From positions 23,312,001 through 23,376,000 of the forward strand of contig NC_047062.1 in the NCBI RefSeq assembly GCF_902459465.1: a stretch of 64,000 nt of DNA. The letters are read 5' to 3'. A model generated the notes under the pieces. That model was not told where the DNA came from. It searched no databases and was given only the letters and a program-made list of their open reading frames with translations. The position numbers and the translations under genes were made by a program. The DNA comes from Asterias rubens. Lineage: Eukaryota. Shown piece after piece: positions 12,796 to 26,400 of the stretch (within the stretch, counting starts at the first letter, position 1; each line of letters starts with the position of its first letter).

Positions 12796-13439
12796 GAAGG
12801 CACTTTCGTGTGACAACTAAATTTGTTTTAATTCTCAAAGTGCATGATGTGTAGGTGGCCAGACGTTGACCCAATTATGTAAGCAGACATTCGTAGTCTG
12901 CTGCGCACTCGGTGCAATTTCAAATCTGCAGTGCTTAGTAAAAATTAATTTTTTATTCAACAGAGATACAGCAACTTGGGTTGATATATTGTGTGTGCTG
13001 AGCTAAATATCCACCTTGCTTAGCAGCTCTATGGAGTTGCCAAAGCTGTAGTATAAAGGGCTGATCGTTGGAGACACTCGTTTTTTTAATGTTTTTTTTT
13101 ACCAGACTCCAAACATACCTTAGTAAGTTTCAATAACTGTTTTGGAAAAGAAAAAACATCTAACCAACCCGTGAAAATTAAACCAAGTTTGGTGTTCCCG
13201 TTTTTAGTAATTTATATAAATAGTCAGTGATTTTGTGCAAATTCGTGTATAAACTGAACATGCAAACTTATTGTGGTTGCCGCGTAATCAAAATAAGTAA
13301 AGGCGAGTTTTGGGTCTTCAAATGCTATTTTATCGACCTTTGCATAGGAGTGGTGACAGTGATTGTATGATGAGAGTTTAGTTAAACCCGGTGTATTTCA
13401 AGACAACTATTAACATTTATTATTACAGGGGCGTACATT

Positions 13440-15757
13440 TTATGGTTCATTCAGTGCAAGGCCACAGAATGTGAAACTTCCTTTCACATCGCCATAAAAA
13501 CCGAACCCAAAATAGTTAACAGAAATCGGTTGGTGGTCTTCGAAGCTTAAAAAGGCATCCGTGTCTGAACCTTTACCGATGGACACGATCAAGCTTTCCC
13601 GCCCGTGGGTGTAATTAGTTCCCGGAGCTGCGCTCACCCAAAAATCTTTGTATAAAGTACCCTCGTCCAACCAACCTAATGAGTTGTGAACCCACCGAAC
13701 GATCTCAGTTTGCTTGCCCCTTCGTATTGCAGATTTGGTGTCATACCATCCTCCTACTACTATCTCATACATTACCCCGTCCGTGTCCTGGTTCCGCTCC
13801 GAAAGTGAGATGTGTACGTCGTATTTGGCTCGGGCTGAGAATTTGAAACGAACCTCGCCATCTGCAGATTTGGGGAGCGCTGCAAACTTGTAGTTGTAAT
13901 GGTACCCAGTGGTGTTGAAACTCACACATGCTGCTGGAATTAATAAGAAGTATGTTTTACCAATTTCAAGATGAATCAAGCACACTAGACACGTGCCTAT
14001 CGTGGCCGCATTTTGGGTGTCAAGGTTGACTTGAACGCGTGCCTTTTCTTGTACGCCATTTGGGTGTCCGCCATTTTGAATATTTGCAATGGACGCAAAT
14101 GAATCGAATCCCATAATGGCGGAGATTGTTTACGCGCATTGTGCGGATATGCGTTCACATGTGTTGCACCCATGCGGGTCAATCCCAGTGATCCGAATTT
14201 GAGATCAGTGATTAATTCCTGGCTCTTTTCGAAACCACTACAGGACCATGATCCTTGCATACAAAAACATCGGAAGTGGGCCGAGAAATAACTTTCTATA
14301 AAGGTGGATAATGATATCAAGCTACAGGATTAAGTTCCTGGTTGCCTAGCCTTGATAAGGGCATCTCAAAGCGCGTACTATGTGTAGACTGACCTCATTG
14401 AGATCAGTGGTATTATATGCCCCTATTTACCGGTTTGTGATCTGTGATATCCCCTCAGCGTCACTGGACAAGATTTTACACGGGACACTAAATACAATTG
14501 TTGTCTTTTCACACGAGGTAGGTCTACAGTTCGTACAAATTTAAACAACCTTGCTACAATTTTAGCATTGGACCCTTGCTAAATTTATACTCTAGTGTGA
14601 AAGGGTTAGGCGTAGGGGTGGGGTGTAGAAATATTATTAATCTTACGGAGATGTTCTGCATCCGTGGCGTGGCAGTTCAACAGATGAGCCATCTCGTCCG
14701 CATCTTCGGTCATGACCAGCCTGTTGAAATATAACGGCCTGCTGTGACCGTTGTGCGGCCCAGCAGCGATCATATTGACACCCCCAAGTCGTATTTTTGT
14801 GCAGCTACACGGTTCGCTCTCCCTCAGGACAAATCTCATTCTTCCAGTCTGGTCTGGCTCGTTGCCTATTAAGCACACCTTGGCAACAACCTCACTACAC
14901 ATCCACAGCCCTGTGTGACAGAAACAGAGTGGCCCTTTCACGTTCTTTCCGAGTGGTGTCACTTTCACTCTTTTGAGATTGAAAGTTAATCTGTGTCACT
15001 ATTTTTGTAAGTGAACTTCTCTCCAAATTGAGTTGAAAGTGGGCCTACCCGTCTTTCACTCTGTGCGTCATATGGCTCTTTGCAAAAGTGTTATGGTGGA
15101 CAAAACTAGTGGTTTTCACTCTTTTTACAAGAGATTGACAGAGAAGTATTTAAATGTATACATTTGGTTTCTTATAGCCCCATAAGGGCCCAATTTCGCA
15201 GAAAATATTGCTTAAAAGTTTCGTGCTCAGCAAAAATAGTCAGGTCACCAGTCTCAAATAGTACATATGCCATAGTACTTTAGCTGGTAATCTTATTCTG
15301 GTAAGTATCACTTGGTATCGCTAAGGCTATTTTGCAGACCTAAAAAATTGTACATCTACTTTCTAGTGCTTCTCCCAAAGTCCCAAAATCGACTACATAT
15401 CCATATGCGGTATATAGAAAGAAGTCTTCCGAAATCCGAAAAAGAAATAAAAAGCAAGAAAAGTTCTCCAAAGAACATAATCTACCCAGCAAGTAGATAC
15501 ACATAATGGTGACCGCTACGCCAAACAGATATTGATATCAACCTTCCGTGCAATGCATCAAATCCATAGGTCAAGATTTCAATATTGGTTTTGATTTTAG
15601 TCTTAGAATGTGCATTGAATTCCTTTTTTAAACACGAAAATGTATCAAAATAACTAAAATTGAAAGAAACTGGAACTACAGAAAGTCACATACCAATTGC
15701 AGTGAAATAAAGCACGATAAACTGTCCATGGCGTGTGTTGTTCAAGCTATTCGTCAT
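13440..15757 (-). CDS. Uncharacterised secreted protein: signal peptide, Cys-containing N-domain and farnesoic-acid O-methyltransferase-like (Methyltransf_FA) domain. Exons 15757-15694, 14910-14647, 13933-13440 (273 aa; alternative upstream ATG at 15781)
   Basis: Both introns are phase 1 (TG|gtatgt...tctgtcacacag; C|gtaaga...ttccag). The joined N-terminus MTNSLNNTRHGQFIVLYFTAIGLWMCSEVVAKVC looks like a signal peptide. The last exon has FKFSARAKYDVHISLS, YEIVVGGWYDTKSAIRR, FWVS, VSIGKG, FLSFED..P..VNYFGF, typical of Methyltransf_FA. AATAAA lies on the minus strand at 13416-13421. Confidence 0.8.
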
Positions 15758-17445
15758 GGTTCCATTGCAATCTCTCAGCATTATTCCTCCGTTATAAATG
15801 CCGTTCACAATAAATCAGTCATTAGGCGCGAAAAAACTTCAAATTTTGAGGTGAATCTTCGCATTGCAGACTCACTTCCAAACAGTGGTGAAAAAACCCT
15901 CTGCTTTCACAAACCAAGATAACTGTGCTGGTTTATTATTATGCGTTGTATGATTCTGATTGGAAGTACCTAGGCCGTTTATCATAAGTTGCCAAAACCA
16001 CATCATTATTTTTTGGTATATAATGCGCATTTGAAATCGTCCAGGCGAACAGCTCACGCGTGTGAATTAATTTAGAAAGCAATACCAGGCGTTTTTTTTA
16101 TTATTAAGCCATGCGAAATCAATAATTCAGTATTTAGCAAAGCATAGGGCCTACGCCATGCTTGACGTCACCATTCTAACCCAAAATAAAGCCATCGGCG
16201 CAGCCATTTTGTAGGAGGATCGAGTGGCTGGTAGCCCCCCCCCCCTTACTGGTGGTGGCGTGACGTGCGCCGATGGCCTCATTTTGGGTTAGAATGGTGA
16301 CGTCATGCATGAAGGGAGCCGATTTGCCAAATATAATGTGAGTCTTTGACAGATTGGTCACTTTGGCGAACCAGCCACGGTATTTTGACCTGCCTTGATA
16401 ACAATCTGCGTTTCGTCGCAGGCAATCAGCATCGGCCTCGAAGGAAAATTGTATACGCATGATGTTTTAACGAAGTGCACGTTACAGCAACACGACGAGG
16501 AAGAGGAGATTAGGGCTCAATATATAGACCTGTCGATCAAGGTATATTACCATGGCCAATTGATTTTACCAATAGCTCTGTGTCCGTGTGACCGTTTGAC
16601 GATAGACCCTTTTTAATGCATCCAGGCCTACTTATAGTTCAGAGCAGCTTACTCGATTTTAATATAGGTCACTTTAAAAAATAGTGTTTATATTACTCGT
16701 ATATCTAAGAAGCGCATCAGATTGGGAGGAGGGGGGGGGTCAGTATGGGTCACGGAATGAAACGCATAGACAATAATATTTATCAATGCATGACATCCAC
16801 TTGCTGTTGGCAAATAATTTATTATACAAGCACTGTAGGCTACAGAGTAGATAAAAACACATGTGAAGAACGAACAATTTGGGTCGGAGTGCGTGACCAT
16901 ATATTCGAAATCGTAAGTTTGTTAGAGGAAAGTCTGTTCCATTTAGGCAGGGGGATTGGAAAATGGGTCTGATATGATGCCTGCCTCAAGCATACATTTT
17001 ATAATGAGAGTCAGACTAAGTTCATCGACGTTAAGAAATGATGAACACAAAATATTGGATAAGAATAATTCAATCATTTCCCAGATCAAGCCTTTTGTAT
17101 AGACGATTATAAAGGTCAACACACGGGGGAGTTATAAGCATCATCTTATAATGCGCGAATTTGGAAAATAGAGCAGATGGACCAATGAGAACCGATTGTG
17201 TTTAATCTTTTCAGATATAGATACTCATAACAAAACAGTAAGTTATTGAAAAAAAACAAATTGTATTTTTTTCTTCTTCTGGTAAGTGGATCAAAGCCAT
17301 TAACTTTTGGCCAATGGGATCGAGTGTATGGAGTCCACAATCCTCACATAAAGCAATCGGGGTGAACACTTGAGGGCGCTGTGTTTAAAAACATTAAACC
17401 ACTTTTGGGCAGCAGCCAACCGACCAAGACACACGGCACGAAATC

Positions 17446-20400
17446 ATGTTGTCACAATTCTTCATTATTTCTTCAAGAGGCGATGTTCTTATCAACAAGG
17501 ACTGTATCCTTTACTTGTCATCTAGACATAGTGCAGTGTATATCATATTTTAATTGAAGGGGGTACATATCAAAAGTTAGAACTGGTTCGGCTGTGACGT
17601 GATTTTGTTACATTAATTTTTTAATGTTGAGGCACACAACACACACGCAGCCTATGTGTTAGTTGCGATAATCGTAACCCTCCATCCTCCAGACGGTCGG
17701 AGACCGGAGGGTTACGACACAAGACTGATATTATCGGTGTAACTAGCAGTTTTGACCAGTTTTTGCCAGACTCGTGATCAGATTCGTCCTTTTTTTCCAC
17801 TTTCCAAAATCATGACAGACATTGATCTTTATTGTATGACAACGTCATCTGGAACCCTTAAAACAACATCATGAAAATATTTGGCAGAAAAAACGACAAA
17901 AACTTACCAAAAGACTGACCGAATATATCCATATTCCATAGCGGGGCCAACTAGTGATTTTGAACGTCGCACTTGCTTGGCAACAACCAATCAGCGTGAC
18001 CCAACCAAACACGCATCTGGACGAGCCATGGCTGTCGTATGCGTATCGGCCATTCCAGCTTGCAAACTCACCGCCTGTGTGTGTAAGCACCGATCCCCCG
18101 CACCGAGTGCGCAGCATGCAGGCATACATGTACATGTACATGTACTGTATGAACATCGTGCGTGCACAAACTATACAGCTCGTAAGTACCGTGTGCTGGT
18201 TGGGTCACGCTGATTTGTTGCCAAGCAAGTGCGACGTTCAAAATCACTAGTTGGCCCCGCTATGGATTATGGATATATTCGGTCAGTCTTTTGGTAAGTT
18301 TTTGTCGTTTTTTCTGCCAAATATTTTCATGATGTTGTTTTAAGGGTTCCAGATGACGTTGTCATACAATAAAGATCAACTCCATGTGTTGTTTAGAATG
18401 TCTGTCATGATTTTGGAAAGTGGAAAAAAAGGACGAATCTGATCACGAGTCTGGCAAAAACTGGTCAAAACTGCTAGTTACACCGATAATATCAGTCTTG
18501 TGTCGTAACCCTCCGGTCTCCGACCGTCGGGAGGATGGAGGGTTACGATTATCGCAACTACCTATGTGTAGTGAGTTCATGTTTTCAAATTGCCGGTCAA
18601 TAACCGCGACCCTGGAATTTAGGGCTGACAAATTTATACTGAACTGAAAAGGGAAAAGGCCCAAATGAATAGTTTTGAATAATTTTCCGTATCCTGCCAC
18701 CAATTGTTCACAAATGTTTACAAAAAGGGATTCTCATTTGTTTTTGAATGATTGAGTTGAGGTAAATTAGATTTGATATTATTTTGATACTGAATATGCT
18801 GAATGAAAAAGTGGTGACGTGATACAGAAACTTTTCCATAATTTCTGTAGCTTGTCACCACTTTTTCATTCAGTATCAAAATAATGAGTAGTCCTTTTCA
18901 GGGCTGTGTGCTTCGTTTTTGAAAGGGCAAGGGCACCAAGGCATTTTCTTCTTGGTGAAGGGCACCCTATGATGAAATTGCAAAATTGTACTTGAGCATT
19001 TCAAGGGCACCAAGGCAATGACCAGGGGACACGGAGGCAATCGCCTTCGTTGCCTCCATGAAGTATCAGGCCTGCCTTTTTTTGTGTAAAAATGTGTGCA
19101 AAATTGGTGGCAGGATACGGATATCTCTCCAGGCCTGACTATCGTGGGTGATGCCAGTGATTTAAACATCAAACCAGATTACCTTCTACTTTAATTGGTA
19201 CTTGGCATAGTCCTTCAGTCAGGATGTAAACGCCAAGGACAGCTGCTTATGTGCGGTGCCAAGTGTTGCAGGTGCATTTTATTGGAATGTACAAGGTGCA
19301 AGTAAAAAGTTGGGAGGTTGATATTTGCTCCAACCGTCCCCGATGGATGGAGCTCGAGGATCTGGCTGGGGAGGGCAATCCACCTTAAGACTGGTTGTGG
19401 GAAAAATGATATATTTGTAGAGCTTGATACGTGCTGGGATGACTTGGTATTTACATTTGTGGTAGGATTGAGTACTGCTTGGAACCATGGGTACGAGGTA
19501 TTGAGTTGGATTTATTGTTATAGCGGATCTTGTACATCAAGGAGAGACTAGCAGCCTGCCTGCGTTTTTCACTTACTGTGTAAAAATGGAATTACTTAAA
19601 AAATCTCAATGTTTAGTAAACATCTTATACTTAATTTGGTTGAGTATTGAAGCTTTTCTTAGTGCAAAAACTGAAACATTTTAATGGTATACACATTAAA
19701 TTTTCTTGAAAGTTCTTCTGCATATTTAGATTAAAAATATTTGTAAAATATATTCCGGTCCAGTTATTTGAGCCACAAGCACTGTGATCTTGTGAATTGC
19801 CCCCCTAAAGTTTGAGTCCTGACAAGTACGGACAGGTTAATCATACTTTTGTGAGGCAAACTTTAACAACCGACCAGATCATGGGAACGGTGCTCCAAGT
19901 GCAGCAGAGATCTTCCTGAACAGACTCAAACAGAGCAAAGGAGAAGAGCTAGACCCAGCCATGGTATGTAGGCCCTAGTCCACCTTGATGGGCTGTTATG
20001 GATTTCTTTTAAAGGGAAGGTACACGTTTGGTAATTACTCAAAACAAATATTAACTTAAAAACTGACTTGGTAACGAGCGTTGGAGAGCTTCTTCTTCTT
20101 CTTCCGTGAAAGTACAGTCCACCATCTGGTGTATTGCGTACTGTTGGTAGTATAAACATTGTGGGAAACGACTCCATCTGAAGTAACGTAGTTTTTGAGA
20201 AAGAGGTAATTTCTCACTAAAATAATAAAAAACTTCTAGCTAGAAGTCTTTTATTCCTATCTGAAAGCACACAAGTTCATCCAACAAGGGTGTTTTTTCT
20301 TTCATCATTTTCTGGCAATTTCAATGACCAATTGAGCCCAAATTTGCACAGGCTTGTTATTTTATGCTTTTGTTAGGATACACCAAGTGGGGACACTGGT

Positions 20401-23400
20401 CTTTGACAATTACCAAACGTGTACAGTGCCTTTAACATCGGTCTAAATATCCTAGACCAATATTAAGAAGAGAGCCATAACAGCCCGACAAGGTGGGCCA
20501 GTTAGGTAAAATTTCCTTTAGAAATTCGGCATTTTATCTACAGTTTTGACTTACAAATGTATCTTAATTTCAATTTTGTTTCACTAGGTACACCCCGACT
20601 GGATTTATAAAAAAAAAAAATATGTAAATATGTGACAGTTTATCTACAGAAGACCCACCCCTTTCTCTACTTTCTGATCAATCAGTATCATCCACTGTTA
20701 CTTTTGAAAGAAAGATAAACTATGCGAGCCTGCAATATGATATCATATGATATGTGGCAAGGCCTTGAACTGCTCCCAAAGGAGCACATCAATTTGCCTC
20801 TGGTAAGGGGCACTTCTGTATGGGGAAAATGTAAATTTGTATTGAAACCTTGCAAAAGGCACCACTGCAAAAGCACAGGGCACTGAAGGCAATTGCTGTG
20901 GGTGTCGTGGCTTAAAATCAAAGCCTGATGTGGTAATTGCATATATCAACAAAGTACCCAGACTTCCACAGCCATGTTTGTCATGCGGGTAAATCAAGGA
21001 GTTCTCTTTGTTTTCTCATTGTTTGGCCTTAATTTATTTCAGCAACATCCCTTATAGGTTTTGTCCACGGATGTCAGGATCCCTTTCCGTTACAAGTTAT
21101 CATTTGCAATGGGCGTAGGTACTACTCCTTGAACTATGATGTTCATTCTGCTATTTATCCAGGTTCGCGGAGACGATAGCTAATTGAATCTAGTCATAGT
21201 TCAAAGAGCACATGTAGTTAGGTAGGGCTACTTCCTCCATCTCCAACATGTGCAGTTTGAAAAATTCAGTAAACTCAATGGGAAATGTTACAAATAATTG
21301 AAGACTTCTCTATTTATTTTCAATAGGAATTGGATGGCAGATATTTTCTTCATGTAAAACGCAACAGCCTATACTTTGTCTGCACAAGCTGTAAAGAACT
21401 GCCGCCATTTGCAACTATTGAATTACTTTCCAGGTAAGTTTCGTTTGTCACAAGAAAAGAAAACTCAAAGTTGGGTAACAAAAACCAACCATTCAGGTTT
21501 GAGACTTTTGTGTTAGCATAGCTTTGACTCTCACCCCAGGAGTGCTTAGTTGTTTATCTCTCATCTCCCTAGGGAGTATGGGACCCTGAGCTGCCATGGC
21601 GCTTCAAGGCTTTTTTGATAAAACACAATATCAACCTCTACCCTCACAAGTATCTTGCTCAAGGACACAAATGTCAAGATCTGGACTCAAATCCACATCC
21701 CGATGACTTAACCACAAGAACTTGAATTTGATGCTCTAAAACCGCTAGGCCATAACACTCTATCTCTTGAAGTGCTTCTTGATGATCCTGGTTTTGATTT
21801 GTTGCTTTTATCCAGAGTGAGTGGTTTGGTGAAGGACTACTGCGGTGTGTTGACAGAGGAGGGAATCCGACTCAATCTTGCCCTGGTCTATGAACTGTTA
21901 GATGAAGTCATTGTAAGTCATATCCAGACCTGTGTCATGGTCTCAACTATCTTGTTAATATAACTATCTTCTTAAACAGCTCTATGAAATTGGGCCCGGT
22001 ATTTCTGCTGCTTCTAGCGTCTTAGAGAATCCAATTTGAAGATGTGAAAAAGTGTATTGATAAAGGTCTATATTTGCCTACAGGATTATGGCTATGTCCA
22101 GACGACGTCTACCAAGTCGCTCAAGCCATACATCCGCAGTGATACAGAGGCAGTGAAAACAGACCGCTTTGCTGATGTAGGATTCCTAACACTGGGACCC
22201 GGCCTGGTAAATATCCTTCAGACTAGCTTGATGCAGGTGTACCAGGGAAATCTGTCCCCATAGATTATGTCCACCATATGGGAAATTAACATGGGCTTGA
22301 GGGGGATGATTCAAAAGAGGGCGCTATTAGTAGAAGTTTGTACACAGTTTGTCGTACGGAGGGCAGAATCTCCTGTCACACAGGCTTGTGATTTTGTCAA
22401 GATTGTTTTTCCGGTTTTAGGATTTATTCGTAGATCATCCCTCTGCCTTAAGAAATTTCCTTCAAAGGTGTGACTCTATCCCTAAGATGAGAAACCCATT
22501 GGATCTTCTCTAGTTTGACATAAGTGGTGATGTAGAGGAAGGCACTAAATACCTACCCCTGTAGTGGTTCAGACATTCTCGAGTGGGCTCAGAACTTTTC
22601 AAGCACTTACATGTGGTTTGGCCCTACACTTGTGTATATACATAAGTAGAACTTTTCAGAACTGAGAGGTCTCCCGAACCTCCGATTATCTACTCCGCGG
22701 CAGTAGAATAAAGCAAGACAGTTCTCTAAGAACAAACTCTACCTGGCAAGTAGATACACACATGATGTTACCGCAAACCAAATATACATATATACATGTA
22801 AATACCATAGGCTCAGTGCTATGAGAAGTACTCAACAATCTGTGACTTTCAAGCTGCTGGACAAAAAGTGCATAGTGTAGGGCAAAACCAAATCATAGTA
22901 CTCTTTATTTCTCTCCAATAACATAAATGAAATGAGCTGTACGTTGAGTTCAAATGACAGCAGAGAGTTTGTAATTCCACACTGACCCTTTAGTCTGCAT
23001 GAATTCAGCTTGAACAACCTCTTCCTGCTGTCTTGACTGTTTTGTTCTGTGCTCTTTTTCTGAACTGTTTCCCTTTTTCTCCCCCTCTTTTTATTTGCAG
23101 TTTGGCACTGAATTCCGTTTTGCACCTAGCCACGCAGCAGACAAGCCAATCCCCATGAATCCATCCTCACAGGTACCTCGTAGTGAATAGAATAAAATAA
23201 AAATGATGTATAGAAAATCTTAGACACCAGTTTACAATTTGTTTACGCTTGCCCTAATTATTTTGTGCAGTAACTGTGCCATTGAACATAGGGTGAGCCT
23301 GTTAGCATTATTCACAACGGGACTATTGTGCGGTTCCTTGCAGGGGGGTAGTGGCTCAAGGAATGAAGTCTATGTTGATGTCATTGAGAGAATGACCGTT

Positions 23401-26400
23401 CTTCTGGCTGCAAATGTAAGTATTTTCACCTTTTACTAAATGCATAGTTGACTATGTTGAAGGAACCCTTTTTTCAAATGTTTTGAGACAAACATGTTGA
23501 GAGAGGACATATTAACAAAAAGTTCATAAAGTAACTGAAGAGGCAAATATTTCTTGTGTATGTGACAGGGTTCAGTGGTCAGGAGTGAAGTGAACGGAAG
23601 TCTACAAATGAAGAGTTTTGTGGTGGGCAACCCTGGTGAGTTATTACTTGATAAGATAAATATTTTTTACTCTTTATATATCAGTAAGTTTGTTGTAGTG
23701 TGTAGTGGCAGAATGGGACTGCATAAAAAGACTCAAGTCCTGGTGCCAAAGTCCTCAGTGTGTAGGTTCGAATCCAGGGCCCAATTTCATAGAGCTGCTA
23801 AGCACAAAAATTTGCTTAGCATGACATTTCTTCCTTGATAAAAACAGGTTTACGAACCAAATTTCCATGTGAATTTCAGGATAAGCAAACAAAAGCTGAA
23901 TACAAGAAGCAAGCACTATGCAACAAATGGAAATTTGGCTGGTAATCCTGTTTTTATCGGGGAAGAAATTTCATGCTTAGCAAATGTGTGTGCTTAGCAA
24001 CTCTATGAAATTGGGCCCTGGTTATGACACGTGTCTTTGACCTGTGTGCCTAACGTGCCTACTTGTTTACAGGTACTGCATACTCCTAAGGAGTTGAATT
24101 GTTTTGATGCAAACAGAATAACTACATGTTGGCCAGGTACTCGGCTTTAACCAGCTTTTTTTCCCAAGGGCTAAACATCATGCTTTAAAGACAGTGGACA
24201 CTATTGGTAATTGTCAAAGACTAGCCTTCACAGTTGGTGTATCTCAACATATGCATAAAATAACAAATCTGTGAAAATTTGAGCTCAGTCAGTCATCGAA
24301 CTTGTGAGATAAAAATGAAAGAAGAAAAAAACACCCTTGTCACACGAAGTTGTGTGCGTTTAGATGGTTGATTTCGAGACCTCAAGTTCTAAACCTGAGG
24401 TCTCGAAATCAAATTCGTGAAAAATTACTTCTTTTTCGAAAACTATGGCACTTCAGAGGGAGCCTTTTCTCACAATGTTTTATACCATCAACCTCTCCCC
24501 ATAACTCGTCCCCAAGAAGGGTTTTATGCTAATAAATATTTTGAGTAGTTACCAATAGTGTCCACTGCCTTTAATTTGAGGAATGTTTACCATTTCAGAG
24601 CTGAAACTTGGGTTGAGTGAAGATCTTATAATTGGTAAGACCAGCGAGGTAGGCTACGGCACAGCAGTGCGGTTAGACCAAGCACAGTTCCATCCGAGCA
24701 TAGACCTGTCTGACTTTGAACACAAGAGGGCAATGACCATCCATCCATCTGAAGGGGAGGTAAGTATTAGGACTATAAAATTCTTCCTACTTCTTGCCCT
24801 TAGAAAAATCAGGAAAATTGTGATTATATTAGTTGCTATAGACCCCTTGCATATGACTTCACCACTCTCGAAAAGTGCCATATCCCCGAGGCCAAAAGGA
24901 GGCAGATCATTGGACAATAGCTGTTCTATGTGCATAAAAACATGCATGTGACCTCAGCGTTCCTGTAGCATTTCACATTACGCAAGGGGGTCTATTTGGG
25001 ACCTCTTGGACTCGAATCCTACTGGGGGCACTGCGGATTGGGTTTTCAGTCCCTACCTGACTGCATGGGTTTTCCCTAGAATGATTCTCTGGGGTTTTCC
25101 TCCCACATCTAACACTGAAACTTCCCTCCTTACTGTAGCTTCTCTCCATTGGGTTCTTGGCTAGTGCAATGATTAAGTTTTTTTCCCCTGAGAATTATTG
25201 GCTTCACAACCAGTAATAAAAAATAAATGTGCATTACTTGAAATTGAGCTAATAAGATTTGTCTTCTAAATCAGTTCTGTCAGGTTGGTAATAATGATCC
25301 TACTGGTTTTTTTTACTTCATTCATATCTTCAGTGCACAATCATGAGATACAGTATCACAGGAGAGCTTCCAAGTCGTCTACCATTCCAAATATCTGCTA
25401 CTACTACAGAGTTAGAGGACAAGCAGTAAGTTGATTTTGTATACATCCTGTATCAAAGACTGCATTCTGTTCCTCGATTGTTTTTCACTAATTTTTTCCA
25501 GAACCAACACTATCTCAAAATGCACATGGTGCTACCGCAAACCTCACCTAATCTAATTGATAAGTTGATTATAATATTTCATTTTTAGATGTCTTGAGGT
25601 GTTTCTGGAGATCCAATGTGACCTTCCAGCATCTAGTCATGCCGTTGATGTAGAACTACACCTCCCAGTTCCCAAGGCGACCACAGAGTGAGTAGCTGAA
25701 GCAAGGACGATGAAATTAATTGAATACTTTTTACCATAGGTTGCAGCAGACATGCCTGCTAAGTTTTATTGTTTCTTTTAACTCTGGCCATGCAAACATT
25801 GGCTTAGTTTGTGACACCTTGGTTCTTTTTTGTTGTAATCTTGATTGTACTTTTGCGATTACATTTTCAAGTTAAGTGATTAGAATATTTATGTGACAAG
25901 GTCATTTCACCTTCCTTGCAGTTGAGAAATATGTAACTTAATTGAGTTTCTTTGTTCATTGTTGTACCCCATTTATACCCCCATTCTTTCATCCCATTGC
26001 CTCACCAAGTGTGATAGGGAGTCTCTGTGCAGTCGGACAGGCAGCTGAATACAAATCTGCAGAGAAACTATTCATATGGACAATCAAGAAGTTCCAAGGA
26101 GCTTCTCAGCTCAAGTCAAGAATCAGAGTGAGTCAATTTGGAAAGGCTATTGTGAAACTTGAGGGTTTGTTTTAAATTGAGTTGTTCAATGAGGGGAAAG
26201 GTTTTAGTCCGAGCCAGTAATCTCAAACCCCTTGCTTCTGATTGGTTAACAATCATGGGATATCCCATTTGGAAATCCGTAATTTGCACAGGGAGTCTCC
26301 CTTATCTATTAAACTGTTGATATATGATTCAAACTGCCTCTAGCTACCAGGCAACCTTGGTGGTCCAGTTGGTAAAACATCTTGTCTAGAATAGCAAATT

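Larger units (their letters stand above)
17504..19877 (+). other. U12-type (minor spliceosome) GT-AG intron 1 of AP4M1
   Basis: The donor is GTATCCTTTAC, the U12 consensus RTATCCTT. A branch-point-like CTTTAAC at 19861-19867 ends 10 nt before the intron end, and there is no polypyrimidine tract. Confidence 0.8.

Noticed and set aside
17369-17530. Off-frame peptide ...CSYQQGLYPLLVI resembling a TBC/RabGAP motif
   Set aside because: It is an alternative frame of AP4M1 exon 1 (MLSQFFIISSRGD).
17869-18703. Cluster of 75-110-aa ORFs on both strands
   Set aside because: These are mirror-image ORFs produced by the inverted arms of the foldback element, with no transposase motifs.
19194-19265. Hairpin acttggca...tgccaagt in AP4M1 intron 1 as a possible snoRNA
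   Set aside because: I found no convincing C/D or H/ACA boxes, and it adjoins a LINE fragment.
21163-21183. cag|GTTCGCGGAGAC (VRGD) as a possible AP4M1 exon 2
   Set aside because: A stop follows immediately. The true exon 2 is 19878-19963.
22211-22218. ATATCCTT motif that looks like an AT-AC U12 donor in AP4M1
   Set aside because: Using it breaks the frame and there is no AC acceptor. The GT donor at 22207 gives the expected GL|FG junction.
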